Shown one piece after another: positions 28,026 to 32,000 of a DNA stretch of 32,000 nucleotides (the first letter of the stretch is position 1; each line of letters starts with the position of its first letter). Source of the DNA: Demequinaceae bacterium (GTDB lineage Bacteria; Actinomycetota; Actinomycetes; Actinomycetales; Demequinaceae); assembly GCA_965250005.1 (NCBI GenBank), contig OZ252279.1, positions 1,380,001 to 1,412,000 of the forward strand, read 5' to 3'. Under the pieces are notes generated by a model. It saw only the letters and a program-made list of their open reading frames with translations. It had not been told where the DNA came from and did no database searches. The position numbers and the translations under genes were made by a program.

Positions 28026-29522
28026 GTGAACCTGAAGCCAAGTGACGCGCGGTCTTGGAAGCGGCGGCTCGCGTCACGGCTGAGGCGATACCTGGAGCGC
28101 GGACTCAAGATCTGGCCACGTTGGCCGGTCGCTCGGTGGATCGTTTTGCCGGGCGTGCTCAGCCTGTGGGCGTTCGTGGCTGTGGGTCTAACTGAACTTG
28201 AATTTAGCTGGGTCCCCCTCGACCTCGCCTGGCACGTCAAGGTGGCGGTGGCGTCGATCGCGCTCGCGCTGGGGGCCGTTCTCGTGGTCCTTTGGCAAGC
28301 ACGGCTGGAACCTCTCAAGAACTCACGTAGTCAATACGCACCTCAGATGTGGCGCCTCAACTTCGCCATCGGGCTCGCCTTGTTGGGGGCAACGGCGTTC
28401 GAGTACGCGCTTTTTGGGTCACTGGGAGGAAATTGGTCCTGGCCCTGGAATCAAGTACGGCTGCTCGGTAGCGCGACCGATACTTCGTTCATCCAATCAG
28501 CGCTCGCACTAGTCACGCCGTACATCGCACTCATCACAGCGGTGTTCGCCTACCGACGCACGCGGCTGAGCCTCGCGGACTCCGAGCGATCTGACGCAGC
28601 AGCGTTTCAGCAGCGGTATATCGACGCGGCAAAGTTACTTGCCGAAGAGAGTTCGACCGCGCGAGTCGCCGGTGCGATCGCCATGGGCAGTCTTGCGCGA
28701 GACTGGGTGGCGAACCGCCAAGAATGTGTCAACGTGATCTGCGGGTACCTGCGCGTCAAGCCGGCACCATCGCACCTCACCCGTGACGAATCCAAAGACG
28801 TCTCGGAGCGATACGACTGGCACAACGGTGAAGACAATGTTCGGCGCCAACTCGTCGACGAATTGAGGCTTGCGCTGGGCGGACACGGTAGTGACCTCCC
28901 CCACTACGAGCGACAAATCAAGATTGACGTGAATCTTGCGGGGGCGTTGTTTGCACCGAACACCAGACTCTCAGGGGCGATATTCATGGGGAATGCCTCG
29001 TTCGACGGCGCGATATTCACGGGGGATGCCTCGTTCGACGGCGCGACATTCACGTGGGACGCCTCGTTCGACGGCGCGACATTCACGAGGGACGCCTCGT
29101 TCGACGGCGCGACATTCACGTGGGACACCTCATTCGTCGAGGCGACATTCACGAGGGACGCCTCGTTCGACGGCGCGACATTCACGTGGGACATCTCATT
29201 CGCCGAGGCGACATTCACGTGGGACACCTCATTCGCCGAGGCGACATTCACGAGGGACACCTCGTTCGACGGCGCGACATTCACGAGGGACGCCTCGTTC
29301 GACGGCGCGACATTCACGAGGGACGCCTCGTTCGACGGCGCGACATTCACGTCCAACTACGAAACCTTTCCCGCTGGCATACAGCCTCGGGGGCCTCTCG
29401 GCCCACTCGCAAAGGCGAGCAGCATTCCCGACCCCCCGGGAAACATCGTCGACGACGACTCGAAACAGGAGAGAGACGCCGAGTGGTATCTCGAAGGCGA
29501 GGTAAGGCCAGACCAAAACTAA
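28026..29522 (+). CDS. Membrane-anchored pentapeptide-like repeat protein
   Basis: 498 aa: N-terminal TM segments (WIVLPGVLSLWAFVAVGL, VAVASIALALGAVLVVL, LNFAIGLALLGATAFEYALF, ALALVTPYIALITAVFAY), helical middle, then about 11.5 copies of an 11-residue unit GATFT(W/R)DASFD. Confidence 0.88.
   Translation: MNLKPSDARSWKRRLASRLRRYLERGLKIWPRWPVARWIVLPGVLSLWAFVAVGLTELEFSWVPLDLAWHVKVAVASIALALGAVLVVLWQARLEPLKNSRSQYAPQMWRLNFAIGLALLGATAFEYALFGSLGGNWSWPWNQVRLLGSATDTSFIQSALALVTPYIALITAVFAYRRTRLSLADSERSDAAAFQQRYIDAAKLLAEESSTARVAGAIAMGSLARDWVANRQECVNVICGYLRVKPAPSHLTRDESKDVSERYDWHNGEDNVRRQLVDELRLALGGHGSDLPHYERQIKIDVNLAGALFAPNTRLSGAIFMGNASFDGAIFTGDASFDGATFTWDASFDGATFTRDASFDGATFTWDTSFVEATFTRDASFDGATFTWDISFAEATFTWDTSFAEATFTRDTSFDGATFTRDASFDGATFTRDASFDGATFTSNYETFPAGIQPRGPLGPLAKASSIPDPPGNIVDDDSKQERDAEWYLEGEVRPDQN
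28974..29351 (+). repeat. 33-bp in-frame tandem repeat array (about 11.5 units)
   Basis: Unit ggcgcgacattcacg(t/a)gggacgcctcgttcgac, encoding GATFT(W/R)DASFD. Confidence 0.92.
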
Positions 29523-29595
29523 GGGCCTGTGCCAAAACTCACAGCCACAAGAGGACTTCAGGCGCGTACCATCGTGGGTAGCCAAGGGAGGCTTG

Positions 29596-29838
29596 ATGCT
29601 GAGGTGTGAAAGTTGCGGCGTTCCCCTGAACGATGAAAACCGCGGCACTGAGGAAGACGGTTCGTCCAGTGAGAAGTACTGCGCCACCTGCTATGCGCAA
29701 GGCGCCTTCACCTTGCCCGATGGCACCGTCGAACAAGTTCGCGAGAAGGCTGTCGCCGCGATCGTGAACCAAGGCGTGCCCCCGCATACCGCGAACATGC
29801 TCACCGAGAAGATCGAAGAACTCGCGCGCTGGAAGTAG
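29596..29838 (+). CDS. Small zinc-ribbon protein
   Basis: MLRCESCGVPLND...SEKYCATCYAQGAFTLPDGTVEQVREKA: paired CxxC motifs. Confidence 0.8.
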   Translation: MLRCESCGVPLNDENRGTEEDGSSSEKYCATCYAQGAFTLPDGTVEQVREKAVAAIVNQGVPPHTANMLTEKIEELARWK

Positions 29839-29842
29839 CGAC

Positions 29843-30487
29843 CTAGGCCGCGCGCCGCGAAGCGATCAGCGCCACGCCCAGAGCCGCCATCATGACCCCG
29901 CCCGTAGCGCGAAGGCGCTCGAGCCGATGCGGCGACTTGGCGAACCAGTCCCGTGCCGTTCCGGCCAACAGTGCGTACAGGCCATCGCTCACGAGTGCGA
30001 CGAGGGCGAACACGAAGCCGAGCACAAGGATTTGAGCCCATGCCGCTCCGCGTGCCGGATCCACGAACTGCGGCAGCACCGCAGCGACGAACACGATGGT
30101 CTTGGGGTTCAGCACTCCGACGACGAAGGACTCGCTCAACAATTTGCTGGTAGGCGGGATTGCCTGTGCGTCATCGTCCGCTGGCACGTCCAGGCCCTCA
30201 CGCCGGTGGCGGATCGCCTGGATTCCCAAGTAGATCAAGTAGCCACCGCCGAACCACTTGAGAACCGTGAACGCTGTCGCGGATGCCGCAATCACCGCGC
30301 CGATGCCGACAGCCACCAGGATGGTGTGAGCCACCTCGCCACCGGTATTGCCCACCACGCTCACAAGAGCGGCGCGCTTGCCGTGCTGCAGTGCCCGGCC
30401 GACGATGAAGAGAATGCTCGGTCCCGGGATGACGATGACCACGAATGCGAGCGCTGTAAACGCTACGAGCGTGTTGAGGCTGACCAT
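29843..30487 (-). CDS. LysE/RhtB family amino-acid exporter
   Basis: 214 aa: FVVIVIPGPSILFIVGRALQHGKRAALVSVVGNTGGE, YLIYLGIQAIRHRR, GVLNPKTIVFVAAVLPQFV. Confidence 0.93.
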   Translation of the reverse strand: MVSLNTLVAFTALAFVVIVIPGPSILFIVGRALQHGKRAALVSVVGNTGGEVAHTILVAVGIGAVIAASATAFTVLKWFGGGYLIYLGIQAIRHRREGLDVPADDDAQAIPPTSKLLSESFVVGVLNPKTIVFVAAVLPQFVDPARGAAWAQILVLGFVFALVALVSDGLYALLAGTARDWFAKSPHRLERLRATGGVMMAALGVALIASRRAA

Positions 30488-30496
30488 GCCCCGACC

Positions 30497-31843
30497 CTAC
30501 CCGCGCCGGGCGACGGCGAGGCGGGCGAGGACTGCCGCGAGCAGCACCAGCGCGAACGCCTGCCACGCGGTCACTTCGACCGTCGCCGCTCGAGCCGTGA
30601 ATCCTTCGAGCACCCCGCGAAATCCCACTACGGCGAAACCGATCATCCCGAGTATCGCACTCACGCTCGCGAGCCCGGCGAGAACCATGCGCCACCACGC
30701 CCGGCCCACGGTGGCGGAGCGCGCGGGCGGCCGGTCGAAGCGCCGGAACGTGAGAACGCACAGGCCCACGAGCACTAGGAACAGGACGAACAGAGGCAGC
30801 CTCAACGCCCACCATGCTCCAGTTCCCGGCGGCCCAAACACCGGCGCGCCCACCGCGTAGAGCAACCCGTACATTCCCATCAGCGCAACGAAGTGCCACA
30901 AGAACGCGGTCATCGCCACCGAGCCAGCGGCGATCACCACGCTCCAAGGGCGACGTCCCTGAAGCCACCGCGTGAGAGCCGGGCGCAGCACGAGCAGCGC
31001 ACCCGCCTGCGCGACCGCGAACGTCAGGAGCACTACCGTGGGCGGCGCGAGGTTCGACAGCTTCTCGCCCGGGTAGGAGATGAGCGAGTCGCCGTACGGG
31101 CCAAGCCAAATCAAGTGTGCCGACGCCGCGGTCCCCAGCCCGAGCATCGTCCACCCGAGTTTGACTCCCCGGCGGTTGGCGACGCCGTCGGCGTAGAAGA
31201 AGCCGAGCTGGTGGATGGCGAGCCACACGAACGCGAAGTTGAGCCACATCACGTGCGGGACGTCGAGGCCCAGGCGCAGCACGTCAACCGCCACTACTGA
31301 GCCGGCAAGGGCAGCGAGGGCTCGCCAGCCAAACCGCTCGTGCACGCGCAGCATCGCGGGCGCAAGTGCGGCGGCGATCAAGTAGATGCCAATGAACCAC
31401 AGCAGCTGCCCGGCAATCTGGAGCGCGAACGCCGCGGTCTCTCCCACCTCAAGCAGCAACTCAACCGCGACGGACGCGACCATGCCCACCGCAACGAACG
31501 CCAGCGCGGGCAACACCAGCCGCGAGATGCGCGCGTGAACAAAGTCCGCGTACCCGCCGCCGCGCTTGGCGAGCGACCGCCACGCGACCGCGTGTGCGAA
31601 GCCGCCCACCACGAAGAACACGGGCATCACTTGCAGCAGCCAGGTCCCGGCTCGGGCCCACCAGAACCACGACACCAGGTTGTCGGTGTCCCACACGTCT
31701 CCTGCGGGGCCCTCCTCGATCACGATGACCGCGAGAAAGAAGTGGCCGATCATGACGCCGGCGAGCGACGCCACGCGCAGGAAATCTACGTAGCGGTCGC
31801 GCGACGCGGGGGTCCCGGCCACGAGGGAGGCGACGTCGCTCAT
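30497..31843 (-). CDS. Acyltransferase family 3 (OafA-like) integral membrane acyltransferase
   Basis: 448 aa: RDRYVDFLRVASLAGVMIGHFFLAVI, MPVFFVVGGFAHAVAW, multi-TM. Confidence 0.88.
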   Translation of the reverse strand: MSDVASLVAGTPASRDRYVDFLRVASLAGVMIGHFFLAVIVIEEGPAGDVWDTDNLVSWFWWARAGTWLLQVMPVFFVVGGFAHAVAWRSLAKRGGGYADFVHARISRLVLPALAFVAVGMVASVAVELLLEVGETAAFALQIAGQLLWFIGIYLIAAALAPAMLRVHERFGWRALAALAGSVVAVDVLRLGLDVPHVMWLNFAFVWLAIHQLGFFYADGVANRRGVKLGWTMLGLGTAASAHLIWLGPYGDSLISYPGEKLSNLAPPTVVLLTFAVAQAGALLVLRPALTRWLQGRRPWSVVIAAGSVAMTAFLWHFVALMGMYGLLYAVGAPVFGPPGTGAWWALRLPLFVLFLVLVGLCVLTFRRFDRPPARSATVGRAWWRMVLAGLASVSAILGMIGFAVVGFRGVLEGFTARAATVEVTAWQAFALVLLAAVLARLAVARRG

Positions 31844-31898
31844 GCGTTCAGGCTACGGCGTGCCAGCGCGCCAGCGCGCAATGGGTGATGCTAGGTGG

Positions 31899-32000
31899 CT
31901 AGCGTGCCGAAACGGCTTCGCGCGGATCCGGTCCGTATTCGTTGGTCCCGCGCTTAGGCTCGAGGATGCACATGATCAGCGGAACGATTCCAAGGCCGGC
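31899..32000 (-). CDS. C-terminal fragment of a DUF805-like membrane protein, truncated by the window edge
   Basis: Hand translation of the minus strand from 32000: AGLGIVPLIMCILEPKRGTNEYGPDPREAVSAR*, matching the usual DUF805 tail pattern (GxNxYGPDP). Confidence 0.6.
   Translation of the reverse strand, partial: AGLGIVPLIMCILEPKRGTNEYGPDPREAVSAR

Noticed and set aside
28974-29351. CRISPR-like appearance of regularly spaced repeats
   Set aside because: Units are directly tandem, with no unique spacers, in frame with protein periodicity, and there are no cas genes.
28904-29687. Long overlapping ORFs in other frames and on the minus strand across the repeat array (e.g. 28904-29356 -, 28936-29505 +, 29054-29581 +, 29229-29687 -)
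   Set aside because: A 33-bp repeat unit is a multiple of three, so any frame lacking a stop in one unit stays open throughout; the frame with TM segments, clean start and repeat logic is 28026-29522 +.

Overview
The window is a high-GC actinobacterial chromosome segment; exact genus was not determined. Its right part is a conserved core. Positions 18849-27903 carry dnaB, rplI, rpsR, ssb, rpsF, a FemAB-like gene, a class A PBP, a PadR regulator and ino1, a gene set and order resembling the mycobacterial ino1-padR-ponA-rpsF-ssb-rpsR-rplI-dnaB neighbourhood. The most interesting region is a minus-strand surface-glycan locus at about 1-7917. It reads as an ABC-2 polysaccharide exporter (permease plus a KpsT/TagH-type ATPase); a sialyltransferase-like protein with DDG and HP motifs (GT52/GT38-like); a CMP-sialate synthetase fused to a HAD phosphatase with intact nucleophile motif; an unusually short NeuB-like synthase with no C-terminal SAF/antifreeze domain; a protein with a helical-repeat N-terminus and a GT29 (eukaryotic-type) sialyltransferase-like C-terminus; and a large ORF, truncated by the window edge and absent from the supplied ORF track, that I translated by hand. 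This last ORF is a GT8-like glycosyltransferase, a helical linker and a polysaccharide pyruvyl transferase-like domain in one frame. Other observations are a candidate S6:S18-type leader before rpsF, a perfect inverted repeat upstream of padR-ino1, a structured 0.4-kb rplI-dnaB gap, a WXG100-like plus alpha/beta-hydrolase pair, and a 33-bp in-frame tandem array in a membrane-anchored pentapeptide-like protein. No tRNA/rRNA, CRISPR or transposase was found by eye. All family calls come from reading motifs, not from database searches.
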